Source of the DNA: Phoronis australis
Lineage: Eukaryota > Animalia > Phoronida
Length of the DNA: 45,830 nucleotides
Assembly (NCBI GenBank): GCA_002633005.1
Contig: NMRA01000015.1
Span: 1-45,830 of the forward strand
Direction of reading: 5' to 3'
In this document: one piece after another, positions 23,701-35,299 of the stretch
Layout of the letters: each line of letters starts with the position of its first letter
Numbering within the stretch: position 1 is the stretch's first letter
Position numbers and translations under genes: made by a program
The notes under the pieces: model-generated
Seen by the model: only the letters and a program-made list of their open reading frames with translations
Database searches by the model: none
Told to the model about the DNA's origin: nothing

Positions 23701-24324
23701 NTCTGTCTGCAGTCCTATTGAATTGAAGTTATGCAACACTAAACTGGTGTTAACACATATAAGAAAATTGATGATTTTAAATAAAAAGTATGAGGAGTAA
23801 GATAAACAAGTTCCAATATTCACTTGACATAGAAGTATAAAAGAGTTCCTGGAGACAGTTTGAGATTCATAGATCCTTATAATTGAAAAAATGTTCATTG
23901 AAATTATAGACACATGGTGAACAGAGACACCTGGTGGCTGCCAAAAGTATTGCTCACAGGCTACTTTAGTTTTTGACAATATTGGACAAGACAACTAGTT
24001 CTTGTCTGTCAATCATTTAAGTTCTCAACAGGTCCTCCTGGAGGCAGTTTGTTTGCAAGCATTGGATTTTATATTTTAACCTATTAAAAATAATTAAAAA
24101 ATTATGGGTCATGGGTTGGAGAAATAAATGAAAAATATGGGCGGTGGGTACGAAATAAAAGTGCCTTCCCCCCCCTCCCATACAGATTTTGCTGGAACAG
24201 CCCTGAGAGAAAACTCCTATCCTCAACTTTTTTCAACATCAAGATGGAGCACTTTTGCATTTGTATGAATGTCCTGGGCCATTTCCATAGCTGGGTTAGT
24301 AGGGACGTGGCGCCAACTCCTGTG

Positions 24325-24460
24325 GGTATTTTGTCTTATCGAATATCATCTTGGGTAGGTGTGTAGGCTTGGTAGTATCGTCTGGGGTGGGTAATTGAAA
24401 GAAGTGGTAACGGAGGTATCATCTTGGGTGGGTATTTGGGCCTTCCTAGTATCCTCTGGA
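24325..24460. repeat. Degenerate ~36-40-bp minisatellite
   Basis: TATCATCTTGGGT(A/G)GGT-like unit recurs about four times. Confidence 0.5.
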
Positions 24461-25094
24461 ATGTAAATAAGTGGAGATGGAGGTGAACATTGGGATGCAG
24501 CATCAGCTGTAAGTCTTGGATTCCCTCCAAGATACTAAATGTTGATTTTGACCACTTATACTCGACCAAATCACAATCGAGGTCCATATTCGGTGGCCAC
24601 TTTTGGTGAAAAATGAAGATTGTCATATTACTGTAAAAGCTGGTTTATTTTAAAGTACTATCGTTCCAGGTTTGCAATCTTAAATATTTTTGCACAAGAA
24701 CCACCAAATGGCCTAATGCATCACAGTTGTACAAAAGGGTACTTACACTACAAGTTGTGGTCACAACCCACTTCTACCATGCAAAAATTCATAAGGTAGC
24801 TGTTAATTTAATAAAATTTTGATTAAATTGAAGTATCACATACTAAAATAAGAAAAGTTATTACTGTGCTGATCAAGTTGTTCTAGGTGATGATACATTG
24901 CATATGGTAACACAATATAATGAGAACCTTCTCTTGCAATATGATTCTTACAAAAAAATGACTAGTAACTACTTTTTCTAAAACTTTATTGGTGCTATTT
25001 GCCTAGTTTTCAATACATTCACCAGTTGGTCAAAATAGTTAAAGCAATGCTAGGCCCAGTGTTCCACTTGTTGACAGTAAAAAATGGTACTGGT

Positions 25095-25995
25095 TGGGGG
25101 GTACGTACACTACGCACCGTCAATCGACGTCAAATTTTGACTTAAGTTACAAGTGTATGGGATGGTCTCGAGTTTTGTGCTGCCTCTAATTGTTGGTTTG
25201 TTGCAAGTTGAAGTTGCCTTGAGAGATAGAGAACCTGCCTCTACAACATCAGTTGTCACATGACGTGTCTTCTGGGATTTTCAGTACTAGCCAAGTCCTG
25301 TGTGGCATTTTATTGTCCACAAATTTGATAATGTCCATTGTTTTGTTTTTGTCAGACTATTCATTTTAGAAATACCAGTGTTGTTCATGACAACAGCAGT
25401 ATGTAAAAAGTCTTGTGGGCAATACTTTATAGCACAGCGGCTGGAGGTACGTACACTACACAGGGGTATGTACACTATATTTCAATGACTAAAGGTTTAT
25501 AAAATATCAGAGTTCATTTACTAATATTCAAAGCGAACAATTAAAAGTACAGCATGCAGCCATGTGCATATCTGTATGTCATTCTTTGAAAACAGGCACA
25601 TGTTAAAATATAGGGGTATCTACACTACACAACTGCTAATATTTCACTTAAAACAAATGTATTTGAAATAAACACCCTTTTAACCTAGCATTTTTAATGG
25701 AGGAAGCTGTCTGTGACGTGTTGCTTACCGTGCAATATTTTTGTTTCATTGTATTTATGCACATGGGGGTACGTACACTACATTTCAATGACATGTCAGG
25801 TTTGTAACTAAATACTAAGAATCTGTTGACAGATAGTTGATTTAATAAATCAATTCAAAGAGAAAAAATAAAAAGCAAAGCATTCATGTGCATATCTGCC
25901 ATACTTTTAAAATGGGCACGAATTAAAATATGGGGGTACGTACACTACACAAATGGTAATATTTCACTCAAAACTAATGTATTCGCAAAAAACTC
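25095..25995. repeat. Array of ~150-167-bp units marked by GGGGTACGTACACTAC
   Basis: Motif cores at ~25101, 25447, 25466, 25616, 25769 and 25936; ~25466-25680 is similar to ~25769-25995 (dimer of ~300-320 bp). Confidence 0.75.
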
Positions 25996-27592
25996 TTTGA
26001 TTGGCAACATTTGTTGAGAATCGGCCATTTATAGCAAAAACATAACAATAGATGTTAGTATACCTCTGGTTTAACCTAATCCCACCCAAAATAACCCTCT
26101 TAGTGAGTTTTACGTTCGCAATTCCCGAGATCGTGTATTTCTATATTTGGGGTCATCTTTGAAACAATTTTTTCACTCGATAAACGTTTGCCTCTTTTAA
26201 TAAGTCCAACAGTTTCAAATTGCCGTACATGACACGTACCTATAGGACCAACATCGAATTGGTCCTATTGATAGGTCCATGTCAAACCCCACCACGATGG
26301 GGAGTGACAGATTGCCGAATAGCTTGAAAAAGTTGTTAAAGTGACGAAGAATTGAAGTGTTCTGGCTTACAATCGTTAAAATAATATAGAGTGGTTAGTA
26401 AAGCTGTTGGATGTGCATGCGTCATCTCCAGTATTTGAAGAAAACAAATCACGTGGATATTTTCATCGCTAGTGATGGTCTGGTGTCAGTATACAGCCTT
26501 GAGAGATGGATATTATCGCGAGTGATGGTATGGTGTATAGAGCCTTGAGAGATGCCTTTTGTCATGCAGTGGCCCTCAACGAGGAAATGGCATTTCTTGT
26601 CAAATCCATAGAATGTTATATTTTTAAACAAGACTTGTGTTGAATGAGAACATGTAAAGGGGTGTACAATTCTCCTTAAGTGGAATCCACGAATTTCGTA
26701 AACTTAAGACCCACTTGCCGGTGAAGTCGCCATGGTGCGTTGTCGGTAAACCTTAACTGCATCGTGAAATATAATTGAACACTAAATTTGTAGAATTGTT
26801 GTACTAGCAATTAGCTGAATGCATTGATTATTACCACTATGGACCGTTTTATGCCGTTGTTAATGTACATAGCAATGCATGCGTTATAGGCAATCGATCG
26901 CTTTGAGCATGCCATTACGTTGCTATTTTGTAAGATAGGTCAATTCATACAGCGGATTACCTGCTTGGTAATAGGAGTAATGTTTGTCAGCCAAATAATA
27001 AAGACGATGTATACGTTTGCAGTGCTATGTACGCAGTTCCGAAAAATATTTGAAGAACCAAAGGCAAGAATCGGTCTTCTGGAGAGATTATTTTTGTCGG
27101 GCGCGGATGCCGGGCCAATCATTCAATACATTGGCTGAGATTCCATTGGGACGGATACGAAATTTTATTGAGGCGTCACTTAGTACGAAGAGAGTAATAG
27201 AGAATCATACCTCCACGCCACGTCCTGGCGACACCGCCGTCGACTACATTCATGGGTGTAATCGCTGACTCCGAAACTCAAATGACTGATTTGTACAATG
27301 AGAATTGCTTTTTAAATTTATCCATTAGCCATGGTCCACGGGGATGCAAAATGAGTCGATACTGAGGGAACACAAACTCAGATTATCTTCGACCCTCACT
27401 AAACTGAGAAATCCTTCCCGTACCGAAGTACTTTCAGTCCAAAAATTCAGTATTACAGTTATGTATTAATAAGTTTTGACAAAAAGAAACACTTTATTGA
27501 GCAATGCAAACAGATTAAGGTTACCTCTGGAAACTAGTTAACCACTACTAAGTAGCAGTATGTAGCAAATATGTTGCAAGTATTCTAAACAA

Positions 27593-27752
27593 CATGGGCG
27601 GCGCACCATTGGGCGCTGCCCGGGCTGTACCCCCTCCCGCTTCTCCCACTTATTTCAGTGCTGCGCCGCCCGTCTTTGGCATAGGCGGCGCGCACCTTAG
27701 GGGGCTGGGAGGCTATAGCCCCCACTTAGTTCAGTCTGCTGCACCGCCCATG
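27593..27752. mobile_element. 160-bp GC-rich MITE with 5-bp TSD
   Basis: TIR CATGGGCGGCGCA / TGCACCGCCCATG (12/13); AACAA on both flanks; internally two TIR-bounded halves. Confidence 0.8.
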
Positions 27753-28670
27753 AACAAGATAGGTCTTTCTGACTGCTTCATGTTGAATAGTCCTTATTTC
27801 ACCATTTTTGCTTGGTTTTGAATTGTCTGGGATTGAAACTCGAGATGATTTTACGAATTTTCAGTCTTGAAGTTTTTCAACAAACACGTATATTTTTTAT
27901 AAAAGTTGACAGAATAAACTTTGTAGTGCTTGGCGGTCGTACAACCACCGCACGACGCAAGTTTCTGGGGACATCGATTAATTTTTTGTTGTTGAAGTAG
28001 CAGGAACAAGCAGCTTTGAGGATTTTTGTATCTGGATCAAAGATCACGATTTGTTTCGACGGATCGGGTACAATTTTAAATGTCCTATTCGCCAAACTCC
28101 GGTGCAACAACTTCTGAACGCAGATTACATGACAGAAAAAAGATTTATACAGCGTTAAATACTGATATATCAAGTTTGTTCAACGAACGAAAACACAGTC
28201 CTTCGTAATTTTATATGAATTACCTTCAGGTTTGGCATGGCAGCGTGTCATTTTTCATCGCTTATTTTCTTCTCTGACAGTCTTATCGCTCGGGGACTGT
28301 ATCAATGAAATATTCATCATTGCCTGAATGCCAACGATATTTGTTGAAGGAGATTAAATGCGATCTAACAGACATCTGATATCTGATAATACACCAACTA
28401 CTAGACTGTTGTCGAGTTCCCATGACCCATATCAAAGGGACAGTTGGATAATGTAATAGTATTCTTGTCGCAATCCGCAATCATTTGATTTGTTCGAAAA
28501 AAAATCCAACTCTTGTTTTAAAATGTTTCCAGCTTCATCAACGCCGGACTCTGCTCAACAATCAATGATATTTTAACATTTCAAAAACGTCTGCGTAATT
28601 ACCTCAATTTTCCAACTTAACATTTAGGACATTTAATGTACGGAGCATGAATCATTTCGGAAGAACTATT

Positions 28671-30611
28671 TTAAAGGTGACCAGCCATCAATATTGTCTT
28701 GGCGCGTTCTTGCATTGCGTATGTCCTATCTTTTTGCTGCTGAAGTTGTACGAAATTTGCGTCCTGTGCCAGTAACGGCATGTTGCCCATCTCTCTCCTA
28801 TGCTGCCGAAATATATCATTCACATTCCTTCTTTGTGTATGAGGTCGCTGTATTGAACCTCGATCGGACGATTTCCATGACGTTTGTGTAATACTTTTCG
28901 AGAAAGACCCGTTTTTGTTGGCGCGTGCATCCATGCGGCCGATGTATCGCTGCAACCCATCGTCAATTGGAAGTGACCTGCCGACAATGGGCGGTGATTC
29001 ATCCGTATTTCCGGATCTCCGTAGCAACATAACGCTGTTCATAAGCTCCTTTTCAGCTTTTAGTTTTCCAGAAACCAGGTGTTGGTTGGTCAGATTGCGG
29101 CGTTCAAACTTTCGAAATTTTTCCTCCTTCGCTTGTTTTTGTCGTTCTTTAGATTTATTGATAACCTCCGCTCTTTTCAGCTGCCCAGTTAATCTGTGCA
29201 AAGTATTGGAGTCGTAATGTCCTGGAGGAAATGCAGATGTTATGTCCGTGTCGTTAGTTTTCACTGTCGTAGCAGTTTTTCCTAATTTTGTTTTGTCTTC
29301 CATCTTTTTGCTGTACATAAACTCCACGAGATCTCTATGATCGCTTCCACTGTGTAATTCAACTTTGTCGCCAACACTGCAAATACTCTTTCCCGTTCGC
29401 GAGTTAAGTGTTGACTCGTTACCGTAATTATGTAAACAGTTGACGAACATAATATTTGCGTTCTCGTACTGTTTCCTCGTCGGCAAGCTGTTGAGTGGTT
29501 GCGGAGTGTGTGAAATCTTCGTAGCAGCGGGCAGGTTTGTTCTGGTGGTGACAGCGCGCAGACCAAGCGATTTTACTAGAGAAGTAGGGTATGACAACAC
29601 TTTCTTCTTTCGCGCTCCTGGACTGCTAGAATCACCAGGTTTTGTGTCGGGAGCGAAAGATATCGACTTTGGTCTACTGCCAGAACTCGGTTTGGACTGC
29701 CTGTTTTCTTTTAACAAAATTCCACGCCTTTTCACGAACTCTTCCTGATTTGTGCTTGCCGTGGACTGGGTGTCGGTCGTAACCGCGGCACTGCTGGAAA
29801 TCGAGATCCCACTGTCTGCGCTACTGAATTCACTGGTGACACTTTTGGCGGTGTAATTCTCATCATGCGACGGCGCGCGTTCTGTTGGAGGTTGTGGTCG
29901 TGTTAAGCCGCTGATGGTCAGACCGTCAACGAATTTAGAGGATTGCTTAAACTCCCACGTAAACCAAGTCGTTTCTGTTGTCTTGGGTCGCCTTGACTTG
30001 CCAGCCTTAAACACCATACTTGAAACACTCATTTCTTTCAAAAGTGAACAAAAATTTAGACGCGGTCTGATTTGGTTTAAATTTTCTTTTTCACAAGCTA
30101 AGGACTTGAGATTTCGGCATATATTTACTCCTTGCAATGTCAGACCTTCTAGATCCCCACCGACATGTTTACTTCCTTTACAAGTTGTTGCTTCGATCGA
30201 ATCGACGCATTCAATGTTTTTTATCGATTTACATTTAAATGATTCATTGGTTGCCAGTACCGTAGCGTGTTGCCCATTCAACAGACCATTATGGCTCAGC
30301 CAATTGGTCATTGATTCATTAGTGGTATTTTTATGACCATATATTGATGGCCAATTAATGCCGCTTTCAGTAAGAAACCACTCAGACCTTTGTCGACTTG
30401 CTACTCCTGGCCCTAGAGCGGATTTTATTTTTACATCATGATCGGTCACATGTCGTCTGCTCTTGACGTGTGCGCGCGTGGAACATTTTCGTTTTTGCTG
30501 GTGGTAGATTGACATGCGAAGTGACGGCTTACTAATTTCCATTCGTGGAGACTTCATCTTTCGAGAGATTTCTGCTGGAAAACAGTCATATTTTGAGTTA
30601 AAATAATCCAT
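28671..30611 (-). CDS. Uncharacterised 646-aa basic, Ser/Thr/Lys/Arg-rich protein, single coding exon
   Basis: 1941-nt uninterrupted ORF in AT-rich DNA, with an in-frame TGA 7 codons upstream of the ATG and a canonical intron in the 5' UTR. No RT, transposase or other domain motif recognised. Confidence 0.8.
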   Translation of the reverse strand: MDYFNSKYDCFPAEISRKMKSPRMEISKPSLRMSIYHQQKRKCSTRAHVKSRRHVTDHDVKIKSALGPGVASRQRSEWFLTESGINWPSIYGHKNTTNESMTNWLSHNGLLNGQHATVLATNESFKCKSIKNIECVDSIEATTCKGSKHVGGDLEGLTLQGVNICRNLKSLACEKENLNQIRPRLNFCSLLKEMSVSSMVFKAGKSRRPKTTETTWFTWEFKQSSKFVDGLTISGLTRPQPPTERAPSHDENYTAKSVTSEFSSADSGISISSSAAVTTDTQSTASTNQEEFVKRRGILLKENRQSKPSSGSRPKSISFAPDTKPGDSSSPGARKKKVLSYPTSLVKSLGLRAVTTRTNLPAATKISHTPQPLNSLPTRKQYENANIMFVNCLHNYGNESTLNSRTGKSICSVGDKVELHSGSDHRDLVEFMYSKKMEDKTKLGKTATTVKTNDTDITSAFPPGHYDSNTLHRLTGQLKRAEVINKSKERQKQAKEEKFRKFERRNLTNQHLVSGKLKAEKELMNSVMLLRRSGNTDESPPIVGRSLPIDDGLQRYIGRMDARANKNGSFSKSITQTSWKSSDRGSIQRPHTQRRNVNDIFRQHRREMGNMPLLAQDANFVQLQQQKDRTYAMQERAKTILMAGHL

Positions 30612-30697
30612 ACGTCCAATTATAATGTTTCAGGTTGTTTAAACCCCATCGCATACCACCGTTTAGACGTTTTACTCAGTCTTTTCTCTCCTAAGTC

Positions 30698-30864
30698 CTG
30701 CAAAAGTACGGAAACTGAAAAAGATGTTGTTTTAGAAGTCAGAATATAAAATCTTAGCTACGAATTTGAAAAACGGTATGCTGATTTGCTGCAGGTAATT
30801 TGCCCTTCCAAACAATCGAAACACAAATATATAGTCACCAAAGGGCAGAAAGGTGGCTACTCAC
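30698..30864 (-). other. Predicted 167-nt 5'-UTR intron of the 646-aa gene
   Basis: Minus-strand donor TTG|GTGAGT (30864) and acceptor TTTCCGTACTTTTGCAG|G (30698). Confidence 0.6.
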
Positions 30865-31700
30865 CAACAGGCCTTAAAATATAAATGATAATTATTTCTT
30901 TGTTCGCATTCAGTGATCAAATGGGTTGCACATACATCACTTTTCGTCTGACCATAAAAGCATTGTGACGCGTGCTTGTTATCTAGTGTATTCAACTGCC
31001 AATCGGGTTGCGATTATACTTACTGTAAGCTCAGATATATCTATAGTCTATCTGAGCTGTAAGCGATTACAACGACGCAATTTTTTTCTCATCAAAGAAT
31101 TTAAATTGCACATTGTTATAAAGATACTCTTAATGTTGCCACGTCTTCGTAGATTAACTTGAAATGAGAGAGTGTAGATGATCTGCAAAGTACCGTAATT
31201 GTTTTAAAAAATGAATGTACCATCTATAGAGAATCCTACACTCGTCTCAGGTTTATGACATAGTCAAAACCTCTTGGAAATTTCGTCAAAATCCCGAGGC
31301 TTGCCGGGAGCAAGGCGTGGCGCAAATCATGTAGGTGGTTGGGAATGAACAGGGACACTTATAATTCTCCATAGAATAATATATGACGCCGGTTACTGGC
31401 TCGCGTCAGCTTCAGTTTTCAGTAGCTACTGAATGATAAAATCGTAAATTAGACCTACGCAAAAATAGTTTCACATTTTTCTGGCCTATAAAACGCTTGC
31501 CATATTATTAGCCAACTACGGCATTTTTTGAAATCTGTAGAAATTTCTTCTAATTACAATAATATCAACAAAATTCTGTGGGCGTATCTTCGGGCAATCT
31601 CTTAAGGACGTTTGTGCCTTGCATGAACGTAGGGCAAGTGATGAAACATAAAAATGTGATGAGCTCTCGGCAACATTCCCCTCGTTCCTGCAAGCTTGTT

Positions 31701-31818
31701 ATGTTATTGTGTAAACACATATCTCCACACTCTCAATGGAATGTTATTGTGTAAACACATATCTCCACACTCTCAATGGAATGTTATTGTGTAAACACTT
31801 ATCTCCACACTCTCAATG
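31701..31818. repeat. 40-bp minisatellite, 3 copies
   Basis: Unit ATGTTATTGTGTAAACACATATCTCCACACTCTCAATGGA. Confidence 0.95.
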
Positions 31819-33510
31819 TAATTTTGTGTGCAGATACAAAAAACTTCTTCAACGAATCAAAGTCCTTCCCGATACGTTAAAAGGAATGTTTTTTAATAGA
31901 TATTAAAAGGGATTTACAAAAAGATTCGTGGGTGTGCATGAAAGCAGACTGAATCCAAACGGCAAGAAAATAGCGAAGATAATGTTGAAGGTGAGGTGTC
32001 TAGATTTCAAGTATGATAGTTGTCTTGGCGTCAGAACAGCATCGTTTCTAGTAAAGTGACGGGCGATTTCGTACATATAGACTAGTTACTTTCAAGCAAA
32101 TCACTAAGCTTTTACTCCGTAACGCGGCATGATTTTAACTCCCGATGAACCTACCTCCACGTTTCCGTTGCCTACGAGAGAAAAACAAAATGCTGTGTGT
32201 CGCTTAGCAATCATTAGAATCCCCTTTCCAATAATAGTGATTTTCTTGCAGTGAGTCTCGTTCATCCACGTCCTCCCAGCTCTTCCTTTTAAACCTAACT
32301 TGGCTCAGACTAATTAGTTGTGTGTATTCGCAAGTGTCTAAGTAAAACGACCTTATTGAGGGCTTGCGATATAATCCCTAGACATTTATTCTGAGGCCCA
32401 AGAAGTAAAAAACAAACATCTTTGATAAGGCCCTTTTCAATTTTTCCATACGTTTCACTCCACGAAATGTGAAAATTCAAAAGTTGATGGCGTGCTCGCC
32501 TGTTCTCGTGGCATTCAATCAAACGTGGAAAGCGCACCAATGACATTTTAATTGTTAATTTAATTTAATTTAATTATTCTTTCCTCAGTGGCGCCGATGG
32601 AGCGACACTAAGCGTTTACTCCCATACAGACGACGGGGATAAAACTTGGCAAAATCTTAAAAAGAATTCTATTTGGTCAACTTACCGTCCAGACGCGCGA
32701 CTTGAGAGAGAAAGACGCACCATCATTCGCATCTCTGCCATTTTGCTACAAATACCTCTTTAAAAACTAGAAAAGTTTGAATCCAGCAAGACCCCTAAGG
32801 TATTGGAATTTAAGCAGATAAGCTCATGGGTGTCATTAGGAAGGGGGGCTTATCTGTGGAAATGTCCTGTGACATCTGTGAAAAAGAAAAAAGTCTCCGT
32901 GACGACGTGGAAGAACACAGACGGATTTAGAATGTCGCCGGGGAACCCCAGTCTCAAGCCTAGGGTTCGGGACTCAGGGGTTTAGAGGATAGCAGCTGGA
33001 ACTTTGTTGTTTGTCTTGCAAGAAGCAACTCCCGTTCCAAAATGGCAACACAGCCAAAGGGAGCCACACCGATACATCTTCTAGCGAAAAAACAAGGGTG
33101 CATGCTTATTATTTCAATCGTCACCAACTTGAGCCGGTGAAAGCTCAGGTCTCGGTTGAGTTGAAAGCAAGAATCTCGCCCACGACTGAGTAAGTATGCT
33201 CACTCACGTGCTTCTTTGCCAATACGTGGCGAGCTCTCGCGTCTAGGCAAACCATATACATTGTCATGGGAAGTGCGGGGCCGCNNNNNNNNNNNNNNNN
33301 GGGGTAAACCGTGGCAAACGGCATAGGCTTGGCATGGACGAACCCAGGGGTGTCTCGGTGTACTCGATGAATGAGCCCTCCCCTATTTGGCGACTGGGCA
33401 AAAAGCCGCCTCACAGAAACATAGGCGTGGGGCCGGCGACAGTCGAGAAAAGAAAGACTGCGCAATACGGATAAGAGAGAAAATTCAAGAGAACATTTAA
33501 CAACTCTTAA

Positions 33511-35126
33511 AGGAGCATGCCACCCAAAAAACAGCCTAATTTGTATCAGTTTAGATTGAGTATTCTACTCCATAACGACACGTACGGTTGCGTTACCTGA
33601 CACCTGACGGCAGACGGAGGTGTTGAAATTATCCAATGACGTCATCGGTTTCTGACGCAGTCTGTTTAGCAGTTCACAACACGGGTTACTGGTGTCAGCT
33701 TATCGCTTGAAGTCATTGTTTAACACCAATAAATCATCAAACTTCGATGTAAAACCCTTAAAAATACACCGAGTTCTTATATAAAATAAGTGCTGTTTTA
33801 TTTCGCTCTTACGGATTTATTGGTATTTGGACACACCGTAGCCCAACAAAGTTCGGCAGGCCAATAAGGTCCGTCAGTAGCAGGAGTTGGGGTCTGTTCG
33901 GAGATAATTTCAAAGTATTTTCCGTGAGATACAGACAGGAGTACCTAGATCTGTGTTGTTTAGACTTGTGATTTTTTTATTTCTAAACACAAAACGCTTG
34001 TTAGCCTGGCCAGTGGCTCGGAGCCCGATCAGGCCCGTCGCGGCCGGCCGGATTGACTGCCAGTGGTTATTCCCGCCAGTGGCTCGGAAACTGATCAGAC
34101 ATCACGAACATAAATCAGCCAAAGTTCGTGGAAACTAAACTTCCAGTCAAGAAAATACTATACTAGTGGGCCAAAGTAATGTGCACTTGATTATGTTGGT
34201 AAATTAGCCACGAAACTGCAAATCTACTTACTCATCGGGGGCCGCTAATTCAGGTTCTGCTTTGGCCACAGCACCGTCAGGGCAGAAGTTGTACATTGAC
34301 AATCATTATTTGAGCAATGTAAATGTAAATAAAGATTCCCATAACACCTGGCCGTGGGATGGAACTCGAGTTGTTTCACAACAGTTTCTGCCAGCAAACA
34401 CTAAATTATCATGAACTCACACGGCCGCCTAGGTGTCCCGTCAATTAGTTTATTGCACCTAAAGGCGCCGGTAACGCGCAGTGATTTATTCATTGCTGGC
34501 TTCCCAAATCATTTGCACTCACGAACACTCCAAAGGCATTACAAATTGCATCTAATGAGACAGCCAATGTTTCAGTTTTATATAAGTATTGGTTAGGGTG
34601 AGAATAATTCATTTTGTAACACAACGCTCAGTAATAAACGCCAACATGATGGCAACTCGCAATCCCGACTTAGGGCGAGCTAGATCTCATCAGTCCCGAC
34701 TTCGCAGGTGGATCGTTAAGTTTTACAGGCTATCAATTCGAACAGGAATACAGTAATGAAGAAATACTAGAGAGGCGCCGTGAACAAGCTCAGACAACGG
34801 AACGTATGGAGTTATTTGCCTCATACTTGCTATTTACAGCGTACATTTCATTCTTCACTACCATGAGCCACTTCCTAAGCATTTCGGAAGTAAAAAAAAA
34901 ACGATATACCCGCTTTCCTCGCAGCTGCTTAGTTCGGACAAGCGGGAAAGATGCACCGCAACATAGCGGCATTCACTCTGCATATGAACCGCTGACGTCG
35001 TCTCACCTTCCTCACAGGTTAACGCGACACCTCTTGGCAAGGTAAGGTCGACCGTATGCGAGGCGATGTGGATATAGACCGATTAAGAAGTCAAAAAAGA
35101 CTAATTAAATCCGGTGGCATTTTCCT
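33511..35126 (-). mobile_element. Kolobok-like non-autonomous DNA transposon with THAP-domain remnant
   Basis: TTAA|AGGAGCATGCCACC ... GGTGGCATTTTCCT|TTAA (12/14 TIR, RR termini, TTAA TSD); contains a THAP-like ORF at 34790..34972. Confidence 0.8.
34760..34972 (-). pseudogene. Decayed THAP zinc-finger fragment of a transposase
   Basis: MPLCC...GKRVYRFF....LRKWL... then, past a stop, ACSRRL; this follows the THAP pattern MxxC...HRFP...RxxW...CSxHF with lost ligands. Confidence 0.55.
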
Positions 35127-35299
35127 TTAACAACCTTAGGAGGACTCTGGCCAGGATATTGTCGTTAGGGTCTCCGATTTTGCAGCACAGGTCGTCTAAA
35201 TCCACTTGAAAACATGCACGAAATCAATCATACATAAATTTCGAAAAATTTGGAGCGTACTAGATTACTGGATTTTTAAATTCAATAAGTCGATCTTGT

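Noticed and set aside
24032-24080. Candidate eIF5A last exon (CAACAG|GTC CTC CTG GAG...)
   Set aside because: VLLEAVCLQALDFIF lacks the conserved A.GEE motif.
28694-30336. Several plus-strand ORFs of 65-140 aa
   Set aside because: Antisense shadows of the 646-aa ORF.
35018-35041. 24-nt microexon with good splice sites (CTCACAG|...AAG|GTAAGG)
   Set aside because: Lies inside the Kolobok-like element and has no partner exons to assign it to.
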